DNA of 32,887 bases, from the NCBI GenBank assembly GCA_031416815.1, contig JANOUJ010000421.1, forward strand, positions 1 to 32,887, given 5' to 3'. The position numbers and the translations under genes were made by a program. This DNA comes from Chitinophagaceae bacterium. GTDB lineage: Bacteria > Bacteroidota > Bacteroidia > Chitinophagales > Chitinophagaceae. The notes under the pieces were generated by a model. It did no database searches and was not told the origin of the DNA. It saw only the letters and a program-made list of their open reading frames with translations. Positions 9,077 to 18,781 of this stretch are shown here, in pieces. Each line of letters opens with the position of its first letter. The first letter of the stretch is position 1.

Positions 9077-11014
9077 TTATCTCAACAGGGACTGAAAGAC
9101 AGCTTCATTTATTTTAATGGGATACCTGGCTTTTAAATCAAAGATCCATTTTTCTTCAAGTATATTCTGGTAATCATTTATAACCATGCCCTTTCCTTCA
9201 TCAAAACTGCGCTGCATGTTTGCATTGTAATGACGAATAAGTTTTACAAAGCTTGCATTGCCGTCAACCGGGCTCACCACAACTTCAGAAATATAGCCGG
9301 CTGCCATTTTTGGATCAATGGGTACCGGTATTTGGGTAAGTTCAAACCGGCCCGAATCTACCTGTATATTGTTGTTAGACTCCTCTGCAATTTTTTTCCA
9401 ATCTTTACCTTGTAAAAGAGCCGCTCTTGCATCATCTGCAATGGCTTTACCGGCACAGTTAAACAAAATGATATTGGCGCTTGCATTCCAGAGATACTTA
9501 CTTTTGTTCTCGTTATAATGATTCTGTAATCCGTTTGCGTCGGCAGAGGCTTTGCCCCAGATATTTCTCTCCATTATTTCAAACAATACATTTCCATCTT
9601 TAAATTCATCCATCTGGTAACGGAAATCGGCATTAAAATCTTCCAAATGTTTTTTATAGTAATCCATTACAGAAGTAGTAATAAATTTATCCAGCAGGGC
9701 TGCGTTCTTTTCGCCCTGGTAAAGTTCGCCCGTGCCTTTATAACTTCTTACAAATTCAAGCCAATCTTTACCGGTGAGTTTTGTTTTAGCGAACGTGTAA
9801 ACAGTTTTGCCGGCAACCGGATACATAACTGCATTACCTGTTTCAGAATTTGGATTTGCAAGGACACTGTCGGCATAACGAAAAAGTTCAGCATCAGAAA
9901 CACTGCCCGTCTTTTTAAAGTTTACCTGTTTTAAAATTTCTTTTACAAACTGGTCTTTGGCAACATTTATCCTGCTGTCCTGCTGTATCTTCTGCTTTAA
10001 CTCAAATTGGTAAGCCAAATCATTTTTATCGCCCGACACGGGGCTTTGCGATAACCGCTTTACAATGTGATAGCCATATGATGTTAAAAACGGCTTGGTT
10101 ATTTCCTTATCTCTTGCAAGCTTAAAAACTTCATTTTCAAAAGATGTTTCAAACTTTCCTGAGCCAAACTCAGGCATCTCGCCGTTGCTGGCGTACGTAG
10201 CTTTATCGTCGCTGAACCACCTGGCTAACTTACCAAAATCATCTCCCTTTACCAATAACTGGTAAACGGAATCAGCCCTTTTTTCATAAATTTTTCTAGC
10301 CTCTGCACTGGCATCGGGAGGTACAGACATTAGTATCTGAGCCACCTTCCATTTCCCCACAGCTTTTCTTTCGCCAATTAATTTAAACATGTGCCAGCCG
10401 TTTTTTGCACGGTGCGGTTTGCTGGTTTCGCCCATTTTTAAATTGTATACAAGGTTTTCGTATTCATAGGGTAAACTAAAAGTGGTGATAAAGCCAAAAT
10501 CTGAATGTTTTATTTTAACTGTTGACGCTCCGCTTAAATTTTCATAATCGGTTTTGCCTGCCTTTAGTGCAGTATAAGATGTATTGATGGAAGAAAAGGC
10601 TTTTAGGGTATCATCCGGCTTTGATGCCTGATCCACCGGAACAAAAAAATGTAAAACATGCAAGTCTTTCTGGCTGCGTATAAAAGCTTCGTTCAGCAAG
10701 TCATTAACAGCTTTTTCATTGTTCAAATAACTATCTTCTATCTGGCTTCTAAAACTCTGGGCATCATATTGCAATTGGGGTAAAGTATCCAACCGCAGTT
10801 CCATGGCCGCTTTTACCTTCAGTTTAAACCTCACGTACAGCTCAAGATATTCCTTAAGGGCTTTTTCTTTATCAGCAACCGGCGTTTTGTTTTTATTATA
10901 TGCCCTTATAAATTCGGCTTTGTCAACAGGCGTGCCGCCATATGTAAATAAGGTTTGCGAAAACGCAGTACTGGTAATACATGCGAAAGCGAACAGCCAT
11001 AAAAATTTTTTCAT
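9077..11014 (-). CDS. Periplasmic parvulin-type peptidyl-prolyl isomerase (SurA/PpiD-like)
   Basis: Signal peptide MKKFLWLFAFACITSTAFSQ (start at 11014, not 11071). Rotamase motifs F--LAR-FSDD, GEM-EF, ITKPFLTSYGYHIVK. Confidence 0.85.
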   Translation of the reverse strand: MKKFLWLFAFACITSTAFSQTLFTYGGTPVDKAEFIRAYNKNKTPVADKEKALKEYLELYVRFKLKVKAAMELRLDTLPQLQYDAQSFRSQIEDSYLNNEKAVNDLLNEAFIRSQKDLHVLHFFVPVDQASKPDDTLKAFSSINTSYTALKAGKTDYENLSGASTVKIKHSDFGFITTFSLPYEYENLVYNLKMGETSKPHRAKNGWHMFKLIGERKAVGKWKVAQILMSVPPDASAEARKIYEKRADSVYQLLVKGDDFGKLARWFSDDKATYASNGEMPEFGSGKFETSFENEVFKLARDKEITKPFLTSYGYHIVKRLSQSPVSGDKNDLAYQFELKQKIQQDSRINVAKDQFVKEILKQVNFKKTGSVSDAELFRYADSVLANPNSETGNAVMYPVAGKTVYTFAKTKLTGKDWLEFVRSYKGTGELYQGEKNAALLDKFITTSVMDYYKKHLEDFNADFRYQMDEFKDGNVLFEIMERNIWGKASADANGLQNHYNENKSKYLWNASANIILFNCAGKAIADDARAALLQGKDWKKIAEESNNNIQVDSGRFELTQIPVPIDPKMAAGYISEVVVSPVDGNASFVKLIRHYNANMQRSFDEGKGMVINDYQNILEEKWIFDLKARYPIKINEAVFQSLLR

Positions 11015-11027
11015 CAGTTGTTTTGTT

Positions 11028-12470
11028 TTAGTTCGAAGGAGCAGTACTCCATTTAACTTCCAGCAGTTCATTCAGCTGCAGCAGGGTTAGTTTTTTGCCA
11101 ATGATCCGCTTTTCCTTATCCAGCAAATATATGGTAGGGGTTAAATTGATATCGTACAATTGACGAAAACCGGGCCTTTGCGCTGCATAATCTTCTTCCT
11201 CCATTTCTTTGGTTTTATAAACGTGGGTCCAGTCGCCAATGTTGTGCTCTTTAATAAAACTAAGCCACTCTGGCTTTACATTTTGCTTGCCGTCGGGTGT
11301 AAGCACGGCAAAGATCTTCACATTATGCTTCTTCCAACTGGCCTTGTAAATAGAGTCGAGCCTTGGTATTTCATCTTTGCAATGCCCGCAATTTGGGTCC
11401 CAAAAAGAGATAACAGTATAATCAGCATCAAGGCTGTATAAAGATGTTGGCTTGTCAGCTGTATTCAACATGTCAAGGTCTGCAGCTTTTTCGCCAATTA
11501 AATTGGCCATCAGCATATAGGCCCTGCGGCTTATGGCTTCCATTTGTTTTTCATTCAACCATTTACTTAAACCCTTGCTGTGATACTTTTCAAAAAGGTG
11601 TACAAAAACAGCATCCTGGCCCATGTATTTGGGATTGATAAATTCATCTGTAAGCCAGTTCAATAAGAATTTATACATCTCCGGCGCCGACCTGGCCAGC
11701 AATAATTTATAATCAACATCTTTAATAATGGTATCTGCATCCGGCGGTATCACTTCCCGGTAATACCGTTCCAGTTTTTTTAAAAAGAAAGGAGTGCGGA
11801 CGATACGGTCATCCATAAAACTGATACCATCCCAATAATGCTTTTTGTATTCGTTGTAATTATTAACGGAGTCTTGCCTGGTTGCCGGTACCTTGGTGGG
11901 ATAGGGAGGCTCTTTCATGGCGTTCAATAAAGCCGCCATCATAGATTTCGACTGGTTTTTAATTATGCCTTCCCTGTAATCGTTCAGCTCTTTAATAAGC
12001 GCATTATATTTTTTTTCATGTAGTACTGAATCCGCTTTTGTTTTAGAGGCTATGTATGCCTGCCGCTCCTGTTGTATCTGTCTCCCTTTTGAAGCAGCAA
12101 TTTTTTGATACTGGTCGTACAGGATATTTTCTTTAGATCCGTTTACAATGGTTTTCGTAAGCAAGTCGGCTGTGTCGGCTGTAACAGAAATGGTCTGTTC
12201 TTCGCCAATTAAAAATTCAGTTCTCAACTGTTTACCCGGAAAAAAAATGGCATAAATGCCTGGCGGTAATTTTGTTGAATCGGTAAAAATTGCCTTGCCG
12301 TTAATACCAATTGCTGCGGAGTCTGCAATATTAAAATTACTGCCCATGTAGTAAGTAAGATATGCAATGCCACTTTTAAAACCTGGCGCTGTAAGCGTAA
12401 CCTGGTAACCCTGGCTATAAACCGACGCAGCAGTTAAAGCAGCAAAAAAGAAAATTAAATATTTTTTCAT
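11028..12470 (-). CDS. Secreted thioredoxin-like/TlpA-family protein (DUF5106-like central domain)
   Basis: Signal peptide; HYWD motif; C-terminal FWDPNCGHC (CxxC) and TPTIYLLD. TACATTTG -7 box at 12487-12494 on the minus strand. Confidence 0.8.
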   Translation of the reverse strand: MKKYLIFFFAALTAASVYSQGYQVTLTAPGFKSGIAYLTYYMGSNFNIADSAAIGINGKAIFTDSTKLPPGIYAIFFPGKQLRTEFLIGEEQTISVTADTADLLTKTIVNGSKENILYDQYQKIAASKGRQIQQERQAYIASKTKADSVLHEKKYNALIKELNDYREGIIKNQSKSMMAALLNAMKEPPYPTKVPATRQDSVNNYNEYKKHYWDGISFMDDRIVRTPFFLKKLERYYREVIPPDADTIIKDVDYKLLLARSAPEMYKFLLNWLTDEFINPKYMGQDAVFVHLFEKYHSKGLSKWLNEKQMEAISRRAYMLMANLIGEKAADLDMLNTADKPTSLYSLDADYTVISFWDPNCGHCKDEIPRLDSIYKASWKKHNVKIFAVLTPDGKQNVKPEWLSFIKEHNIGDWTHVYKTKEMEEEDYAAQRPGFRQLYDINLTPTIYLLDKEKRIIGKKLTLLQLNELLEVKWSTAPSN

Positions 12471-12598
12471 CGTTATTTAAGGATAGCAAATGTATTTAAA
12501 ATAGGTGGTTAAAGTACATATGATGGCGTTGGTACAGGTCAACAATTACAAATCGTTAACAAATCAATATTGATGATTAATACGGTATTTTTGCTGCC

Positions 12599-14086
12599 GT
12601 GAGTAAAAAAAATAAGAAAATAATACTGGAAGAACTTTTAATCACCGATTACGCCGCCGAAGGAAAGGCCCTGGCCAAACTTGAGGGCAAAGTGATCTTT
12701 ATTTCGGGGGCCGTACCCGGCGATGTAGCCGATGTGTTGCTTACTAAAAATAAAAAAGACTGGGCCGAAGGCAGGGTTATAAAGATCAAGGAATTCTCAA
12801 AGGAAAGAGTTGCCCCTTTCTGCAAACACTTTGGCATTTGCGGCGGCTGCAAATGGCAGATGCTCCCTTATGCCAGGCAACTGCAATACAAACAGCAGGA
12901 AGTAGAACAGAACCTGCGGCGTATTGGCAAAGTTGAACTGCCAGAGATCTTACCCATCATTGGTGCAGACGATACGGTGCATTATAGAAATAAACTGGAG
13001 TTTACTTTCAGTAATAAAGAATACTACCCAAACCCACTACCCCCCCCGCCCCCTGAAGGGGGAGCTTTGCAGCCTGACGATAATAAGAGTATTAATGAAT
13101 TTGCAAACTCCCATGTTCCTCCGCCAGCTGGCGGAGGCGGAGGGGGTTTTGGCGCTCTCGGCTTTCATGTGCCCCGCATTTTTGATAAAGTGATTAATAT
13201 TGAAGAGTGCTGGCTGATGGATGATGTGAACAACCAAATAAGAAATACGGTCCGGGCTTTTGCGCTTAAAAATAATTTTTCGTTTTATGATATACGCCAA
13301 CATACCGGATGGTTGCGAAATATCATTATACGCCTGTGTACCACCGGCGAGCTGATGGTGAATATATGTTTGAATTATGATGAGGAGACAGACCGGAAAA
13401 AACTATTTGACCATTTGCTGCAGCAGGTTCCGGAAATAACTACGCTGCTGTACACGATCAATCCAAAATGGAACGACAGTATTTATGACCTCACCCCGCA
13501 GGTTTACTTTGGTAAAGGTTTTGCAACGGAAAAATTGGATGATTTTGAATTTAAAATTTCGCCCAAATCTTTTTTTCAAACCAACACCAAACAGGCAGAA
13601 AAACTATATACCGTAACAAGGGAATTTGCAGGGCTTACCGGTAACGAAATTGTGTACGACCTGTATTGCGGTACCGGCAGCATTGGCATATTTGTAAGTA
13701 AGCATGCAAAAAAAATTATTGGAGTTGAAGTGATAGAGGAAGCCATTGCCGATGCAAAAGAAAATGCGGCTTTGAACAATATTGGCCATGCTGAATTTTT
13801 TGCGGGCGACGTAATTAAGATATGCAACGACGAATTTTTTGCTGTGCACGGCCGGCCCGATGTGATCATTACCGATCCGCCCCGTGCCGGTATGCACGAA
13901 AAACTGGTGACCAAACTACTGGAAATGGCTGCACCCAAAATTGTGTATGTAAGCTGCAACACGGCAACCCAGGCACGTGACCTGGGTTTATTAAGTGAAA
14001 AATATACAATAGACAAAATTCAGCCGGTAGACATGTTTCCGCATACACACCATATTGAATGTGTAGTGTTGCTGAAACTGAGATAA
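12599..14086 (+). CDS. rlmD: 23S rRNA (uracil-C5)-methyltransferase with in-frame repeat insertion
   Basis: TRAM domain, CKHFGICGGC, YRNKLEFTF, SFFQTN, DLYCGTG, DPPRAG, YVSCN, DMFPHTHHIE. GTG start. Confidence 0.93.
   Translation: MSKKNKKIILEELLITDYAAEGKALAKLEGKVIFISGAVPGDVADVLLTKNKKDWAEGRVIKIKEFSKERVAPFCKHFGICGGCKWQMLPYARQLQYKQQEVEQNLRRIGKVELPEILPIIGADDTVHYRNKLEFTFSNKEYYPNPLPPPPPEGGALQPDDNKSINEFANSHVPPPAGGGGGGFGALGFHVPRIFDKVINIEECWLMDDVNNQIRNTVRAFALKNNFSFYDIRQHTGWLRNIIIRLCTTGELMVNICLNYDEETDRKKLFDHLLQQVPEITTLLYTINPKWNDSIYDLTPQVYFGKGFATEKLDDFEFKISPKSFFQTNTKQAEKLYTVTREFAGLTGNEIVYDLYCGTGSIGIFVSKHAKKIIGVEVIEEAIADAKENAALNNIGHAEFFAGDVIKICNDEFFAVHGRPDVIITDPPRAGMHEKLVTKLLEMAAPKIVYVSCNTATQARDLGLLSEKYTIDKIQPVDMFPHTHHIECVVLLKLR
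13039..13147. repeat. REP doublet (palindromic element) inserted in frame in rlmD
   Basis: Outer inverted repeat ACCCCCCCCGCC / GGCGGAGGGGGT (11/12). Hairpin CCCCC-TGAA-GGGGG (13049-13062). Perfect 20-bp palindrome CCTCCGCCAGCTGGCGGAGG (13118-13137). Translates to PPPPPEGG...PPPAGGGGGG. Confidence 0.8.
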
Positions 14087-14110
14087 TCATTAATCAACTA
14101 AATTTGTACC

Positions 14111-14809
14111 ATGGCTCTTAATAATTTCGGAAATAGTTTTCAGCGTACAACACCCATCGTGTTGAATTTGATCATCATAAATGCTTTGGTATATTTTGCA
14201 CAGGTTGCATTTGGCGGCAATGGTCCAGTTAACCCGGTTGATGATCTGTTTGCATTACATCATTATAAATCGGACCTGTTCAGGCCTCATCAGGTAGTTA
14301 CGCATATGTTTATGCACGGTGGTATTTTTCATCTGTTGTTCAACATGTTTGCGTTGTGGATGTTTGGCGCCAATGTAGAAAGGGTTTGGGGACCAAAGCG
14401 GTTTTTAATTTTTTATCTTATTTGCGGGCTGGGGGCTGCCTTTGCGCAAATGGGGTCGTATACGTTCGATTTTTGGCAGATAGATCATATGAATTTAGCA
14501 CCCGACGAAGTTGCTCAATACCAGGATATTTTGCGTAGAAGTGCAACAGTAGGTGCATCCGGCGCTATCATGGGGGTGCTGGCAGCCTTCGGCTATCTTT
14601 TTCCAAATACAGAATTGATCATCTTCCCAATACCAATTCCTATCAAAGCAAAATGGGCCATTATGGGCATTATTGCGTTAGATGTTTTTGGAGGCGTATC
14701 AAAAGTGCCCGGCGATAACATTGCGCACTTTGCGCATGTTGGCGGCGCTGTGATCGGGCTTTTGATCGTAATATTTTGGAACAGGACCAATAAAAAAACT
14801 TTCTATTAA
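14111..14809 (+). CDS. Rhomboid family intramembrane serine protease (active motifs)
   Basis: MFMHGGIFHLLFN, GASG and AHFAHVGG. Confidence 0.9.
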   Translation: MALNNFGNSFQRTTPIVLNLIIINALVYFAQVAFGGNGPVNPVDDLFALHHYKSDLFRPHQVVTHMFMHGGIFHLLFNMFALWMFGANVERVWGPKRFLIFYLICGLGAAFAQMGSYTFDFWQIDHMNLAPDEVAQYQDILRRSATVGASGAIMGVLAAFGYLFPNTELIIFPIPIPIKAKWAIMGIIALDVFGGVSKVPGDNIAHFAHVGGAVIGLLIVIFWNRTNKKTFY

Positions 14810-14865
14810 CGGTAACAATTGCCTGTTATAACTGTTTGTAATTTTACAGGTATAGCAATTATATT

Positions 14866-15798
14866 ATGGGAGAATCAGACCGGTATATTGATTATAGAAT
14901 TAAAAAGAAACGCTTTACATTGGGACAGCCCGATAATGCATTGATGTGGCTTTTTGTGATCAATGTGGTTTTCTTCCTGGTGCTGCTTACCATTAAAGTT
15001 GCCATCAATGTAAACGATCATTCCAATACAGCTTTTTTTTCGCAGGTTGTTAATTGGTTTCAGTTACCTGGTGGCCTGGTTACGTTAAGCCAACGGCCAT
15101 GGACTGTTTTCTCCTACATGTTCAGCGATGTTGACTTAATGAGGGCTCTAAGTAACATGCTGTGGCTATGGGCATTTGGTGCTGTACTGCAGAATTTGAC
15201 CGGCAATAAAAAACTGATACCGGTTTACCTATACGGCGGCTTTGCAGGGGCTGTGTTTTTTATTGCTGCTGCTTATTTAATTCCAACAAACAAAGCAATT
15301 ATTGATTCGCTTGGTTTATTGGGAGCAAACGCATCGGTAATGGCAGTAGCCGTTGCTGCAACATTTATAGCACCCAATTACCGTTTTTTCCGCAATATCA
15401 GGGGCGGCATTCCCATCTGGATACTTACAGTTATTTATATAGCGATCGACCTGGCAGCTGTTGCAGCAAAACCTGCTGCGTTTCCAATAGCTCATATTGG
15501 CGGCGGGCTTGCAGGCCTTTTATTTGTAAAGATGCTGAAGAATAATATGGATGGAAGTACATGGATGAATAATTTTTACAGTTGGTTCATCAATCTTTTT
15601 AATCCCAATAAAAAGAAACAAACGAACAGCGTAAAAGAAAGGGTGTTCTATAATATCGGCAGCAAAAGCCCGTACAATAAAACCTCTATTGTAACCGAAC
15701 AAAGGGTTGACGAAATTCTGGATAAGATCAATCAAAAAGGATACGACCATCTTACCAAGGAAGAAAAAGATATTTTAAAAAGAGCCAGCGAAGATTAA
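14866..15798 (+). CDS. Rhomboid-like protein with C-terminal DUF6576-like domain, catalytic Ser absent
   Basis: RPWT..YMF, NMLWLWAFG and AHIGG are present, but GANAS replaces GASG. Tail VDEILDKINQKGYDHLTKEEKDILKRAS. Confidence 0.85.
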   Translation: MGESDRYIDYRIKKKRFTLGQPDNALMWLFVINVVFFLVLLTIKVAINVNDHSNTAFFSQVVNWFQLPGGLVTLSQRPWTVFSYMFSDVDLMRALSNMLWLWAFGAVLQNLTGNKKLIPVYLYGGFAGAVFFIAAAYLIPTNKAIIDSLGLLGANASVMAVAVAATFIAPNYRFFRNIRGGIPIWILTVIYIAIDLAAVAAKPAAFPIAHIGGGLAGLLFVKMLKNNMDGSTWMNNFYSWFINLFNPNKKKQTNSVKERVFYNIGSKSPYNKTSIVTEQRVDEILDKINQKGYDHLTKEEKDILKRASED

Positions 15799-15965
15799 TG
15801 TGCATTACACCTGTCGGCCGGTAGGCAAGTAGAATATAGGGAACAGTAGAAACTATTTAGGTCCATTTTTTAGTCTAAGTATTTATCTTCTATGTGGTTC
15901 CAAATTCGCAACCTTTCTTCATTTCTTTCACATTCTTTTATAGCGGTTAGCATTATCTTTATAAT

Positions 15966-17096
15966 ATGCCAGGTTTTTTCCGGAGAATAACAAAAGGTTT
16001 TTTTATTGTTGCAAATGTTATTGTTGCAATCCTTTTCTTATTGGGCTGCTATGGTTATTTATTTGACCCCCAGCTTTTTTGGCCCATTGGTTTTTTAACA
16101 CTTGCCGCTTTTTATTTTCTGCTGATATTGATCGCTTTTATCTTTTTCTGGTTATTCGTTAGACCGGTTAGGGCATTGATCTCATTAATTGCCATGCTGC
16201 TGGCTTTTAAGCCTATCAGCAATATTATTCCTTTTCATTTGCCGGGTTCTTTTGCAAAAGAAAAACCGGGTAATGCCATCCGCATTATGAGTTGGAATGT
16301 GGCGCAATTCAATACCCTGGAAGATAAAAAGCACCCGGACATCAGAAGCCGCATGCTGAGTACCATTAACGAATATCAACCTGATATTGCCTGTTTTCAG
16401 GAAATGGTGGCTGAAGATAGCACCGTAAAAGATCATGGACACATGGATGAATTTCTGCAGCAACTTAATTTCAAAAATTATTTTTATTCATACAACAGTA
16501 AGGAAGATTTTTGGGGCTACGCACATTTCGGGATAATCATTTTTTCAAAATATCCCATCATTAATAAACAAACCATCAGTTTTTATCCTAACGATTATAA
16601 TTCTATTTTTCAGTATGTAGATATTGTTAAAGAAGCAGACACCATCCGGGTATTTAATATTCACCTGCAATCATTGCGGTTCAGCAAATCAAATTTAAAA
16701 TATATTGAAACGCCTACGGTTGACGACGAGAATGCGGCCATTAAAGAATCAAAAAATATAATCAGCAAGTTTAAAAAAGGCTTTTTAAAAAGGCAGGTTC
16801 AGGCCGACAGGATAAAGGCCGAAATTGATAAAAGCCCTTACCCTGTAATTGTAACGGGCGATTTTAACGATGTGCCCAACAGCTATGCTTATCATACCAT
16901 CGGCGGAAAGATGAACAATGCCTTTGTAGAAAAGGGCAGCGGGCTTGGCCGGACCTTCAGTGGCATATCTCCGGTATTGCGGATTGATAATATTTTTGTT
17001 GATAAAAAAATGAAGGTGCTGCAATTTAACCGCTTAAAAAAGAAGCTGAGCGATCATTTCCCGATTATGGCGGATGTTGAAATGGGCAAAAAGTAA
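15966..17096 (+). CDS. Endonuclease/exonuclease/phosphatase family protein, membrane anchored
   Basis: N-terminal TM helices; MSWNV, CFQE, NIHLQS, GDFND, RIDNI and SDHFP motifs. Confidence 0.88.
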   Translation: MPGFFRRITKGFFIVANVIVAILFLLGCYGYLFDPQLFWPIGFLTLAAFYFLLILIAFIFFWLFVRPVRALISLIAMLLAFKPISNIIPFHLPGSFAKEKPGNAIRIMSWNVAQFNTLEDKKHPDIRSRMLSTINEYQPDIACFQEMVAEDSTVKDHGHMDEFLQQLNFKNYFYSYNSKEDFWGYAHFGIIIFSKYPIINKQTISFYPNDYNSIFQYVDIVKEADTIRVFNIHLQSLRFSKSNLKYIETPTVDDENAAIKESKNIISKFKKGFLKRQVQADRIKAEIDKSPYPVIVTGDFNDVPNSYAYHTIGGKMNNAFVEKGSGLGRTFSGISPVLRIDNIFVDKKMKVLQFNRLKKKLSDHFPIMADVEMGKK

Positions 17097-17144
17097 TACC
17101 TTAGCATTTCAAATGGAAGCATTCTTCAAATACCAATATTTCTG

Positions 17145-17174
17145 TTGCCCTTGCGGCATAGCTTAATATCTTTG
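17145..17174 (+). promoter_or_regulatory. Putative promoter for cysS
   Basis: TTG (17145-17147), 19 nt spacer, TATCTTTG (17167-17174). Confidence 0.55.
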
Positions 17175-17247
17175 TATAAAATACATTTACTTTTCTGTCT
17201 TATTTATTTTAATGCTATTGTTTAATCATGAAGCATTGAATTTAAAG

Positions 17248-17282
17248 AACACAAAACAACAAACACAAAACTCAAAATCAAA
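17248..17282 (+). repeat. Degenerate heptamer tandem repeat upstream of cysS
   Basis: AACACAA AACAACA AACACAA AACTCAA AATCAAA. Confidence 0.5.
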
Positions 17283-17284
17283 AA

Positions 17285-18772
17285 ATGCCTTTAAAAATAT
17301 ACAATACACTTTCAAGAGAAAAAGAAGTTTTCACTCCGCTTACGCCTGATCATGTGGGTATGTATGTATGTGGCCCTACGGTTTACAGCGATGTGCATTT
17401 GGGCAATTGCCGCACTTTTATTTCTTTCGATATCATTTACCGCTACCTGGTTTACCTGGGTTACAAGGTGCGTTATGTGCGTAACATAACTGATGCCGGA
17501 CACCTGGAAGGAGACCGTGATGAAGGCGATGATAAATTCAGTAAACTGGCAAGGTTGCAAAAAGTAGAGCCGATGGAGATCGTTCAAAAGTACACATTGG
17601 GCTTTCATCATGTAATGCAATTGTTGAATAGTTTACCACCATCCATTGAGCCGACAGCTACAGGCCATATTGCTGAGCAGATAGAAATTGCCAAACAGAT
17701 TTTAAGCAATGGATATGCTTACGAAGTAAATGGTACCATTTATTTTGATGTAGAAAAATATAATAAAGAACAACCTTACGGAATATTGACCAACCGTAAA
17801 ATGGACGACCTGCTGGAAGGTACCAGGGAACTTGGCGGACAAGATGAAAAACGTGGCCGTCTTGATTTTGCTTTATGGATAAAAGCAAAACCTGAGCACC
17901 TGATGCAGTGGCCAAGTCCGTGGGGAATGGGTTTTCCGGGCTGGCATATTGAATGCTCGGCTATGAGTGAAAAATATTTAGGAAAGCGGTTCGACATACA
18001 TGGCGGAGGCATGGACCTTGCTGCCACACATCATACCAATGAGATTGCACAAAGCCAGGCATGTTATCATACAAGCCCTGCTAACTTTTGGATGCATACA
18101 AACATGTTGACTGTTAATGGAACGAGGATGAGTAAATCTTTAGGCAATGGATTTTTGCCTGAAGAATTATTTACCGGTAATCATCCGCTGTTGGAAAAAG
18201 CCTATGCACCCATGACGGTGCGGTTTTTTATGTTGCAAACGCATTACCGCAGCACATTAGATTTTAGTAATGAGGCATTGCAGGCATCGGAGAAAGGATT
18301 GAAGAGGTTGTGGGATGCGTATGAAGTGTTGGGTAAGCTGCAAGCCGCCAGTAACAAGGGAGAAGCAAGCGATTTGGAACTTAATGCTAAAGTAAATAAG
18401 CTTGTAAATGAGTTTGACGAGTTTATGAACGACGATTTTCATACCGCAAAGGTTTTGGGTAATATGTTTGAACTGGTGCCGGTTATTAATTCGATAAAAG
18501 ACGGACTGATAAAAGCAGATGCAATCACTGGCGCCACCTTATCACTATTGCAGCAAAAATTTAAAGATTACCTGGAAACTGTTTTTGGGTTAAAAAGCAC
18601 TGCTGACAATAACGAAGTGCTAAACGGTGTAATGAGTCTTTTGATCGAAATAAGGAAAGAATCGAAAACTAAAAGAGATTTTGCAACCAGTGATAAAATA
18701 AGAAACCAGCTGGCCGAGATTGGTATTAATTTAAAAGATGAGAAAGGAGGAGAGATGAGTTGGTCTAACTAA
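17285..18772 (+). CDS. cysS: Cysteine--tRNA ligase
   Basis: MYVCGPTVY, HLGN, NITD, DFALW, GFPGWHIECSAM, DIHGGG, MSKSLGN, SDKIRNQL. Confidence 0.96.
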   Translation: MPLKIYNTLSREKEVFTPLTPDHVGMYVCGPTVYSDVHLGNCRTFISFDIIYRYLVYLGYKVRYVRNITDAGHLEGDRDEGDDKFSKLARLQKVEPMEIVQKYTLGFHHVMQLLNSLPPSIEPTATGHIAEQIEIAKQILSNGYAYEVNGTIYFDVEKYNKEQPYGILTNRKMDDLLEGTRELGGQDEKRGRLDFALWIKAKPEHLMQWPSPWGMGFPGWHIECSAMSEKYLGKRFDIHGGGMDLAATHHTNEIAQSQACYHTSPANFWMHTNMLTVNGTRMSKSLGNGFLPEELFTGNHPLLEKAYAPMTVRFFMLQTHYRSTLDFSNEALQASEKGLKRLWDAYEVLGKLQAASNKGEASDLELNAKVNKLVNEFDEFMNDDFHTAKVLGNMFELVPVINSIKDGLIKADAITGATLSLLQQKFKDYLETVFGLKSTADNNEVLNGVMSLLIEIRKESKTKRDFATSDKIRNQLAEIGINLKDEKGGEMSWSN

Positions 18773-18781
18773 AAAAGAGTA

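Noticed and set aside
13076-13099. Spacer of the rlmD insertion resembling the cassette core (GATAATAAGAGTATTAATGAA)
   Set aside because: AT-rich, weak similarity, and neither conserved box is present.
15788-15798. AGCGAAGATTA-like match to the cassette core at the end of rhomboid 2
   Set aside because: Only about 11 nt, coding for the protein's SED* end, with no flanking similarity; chance.
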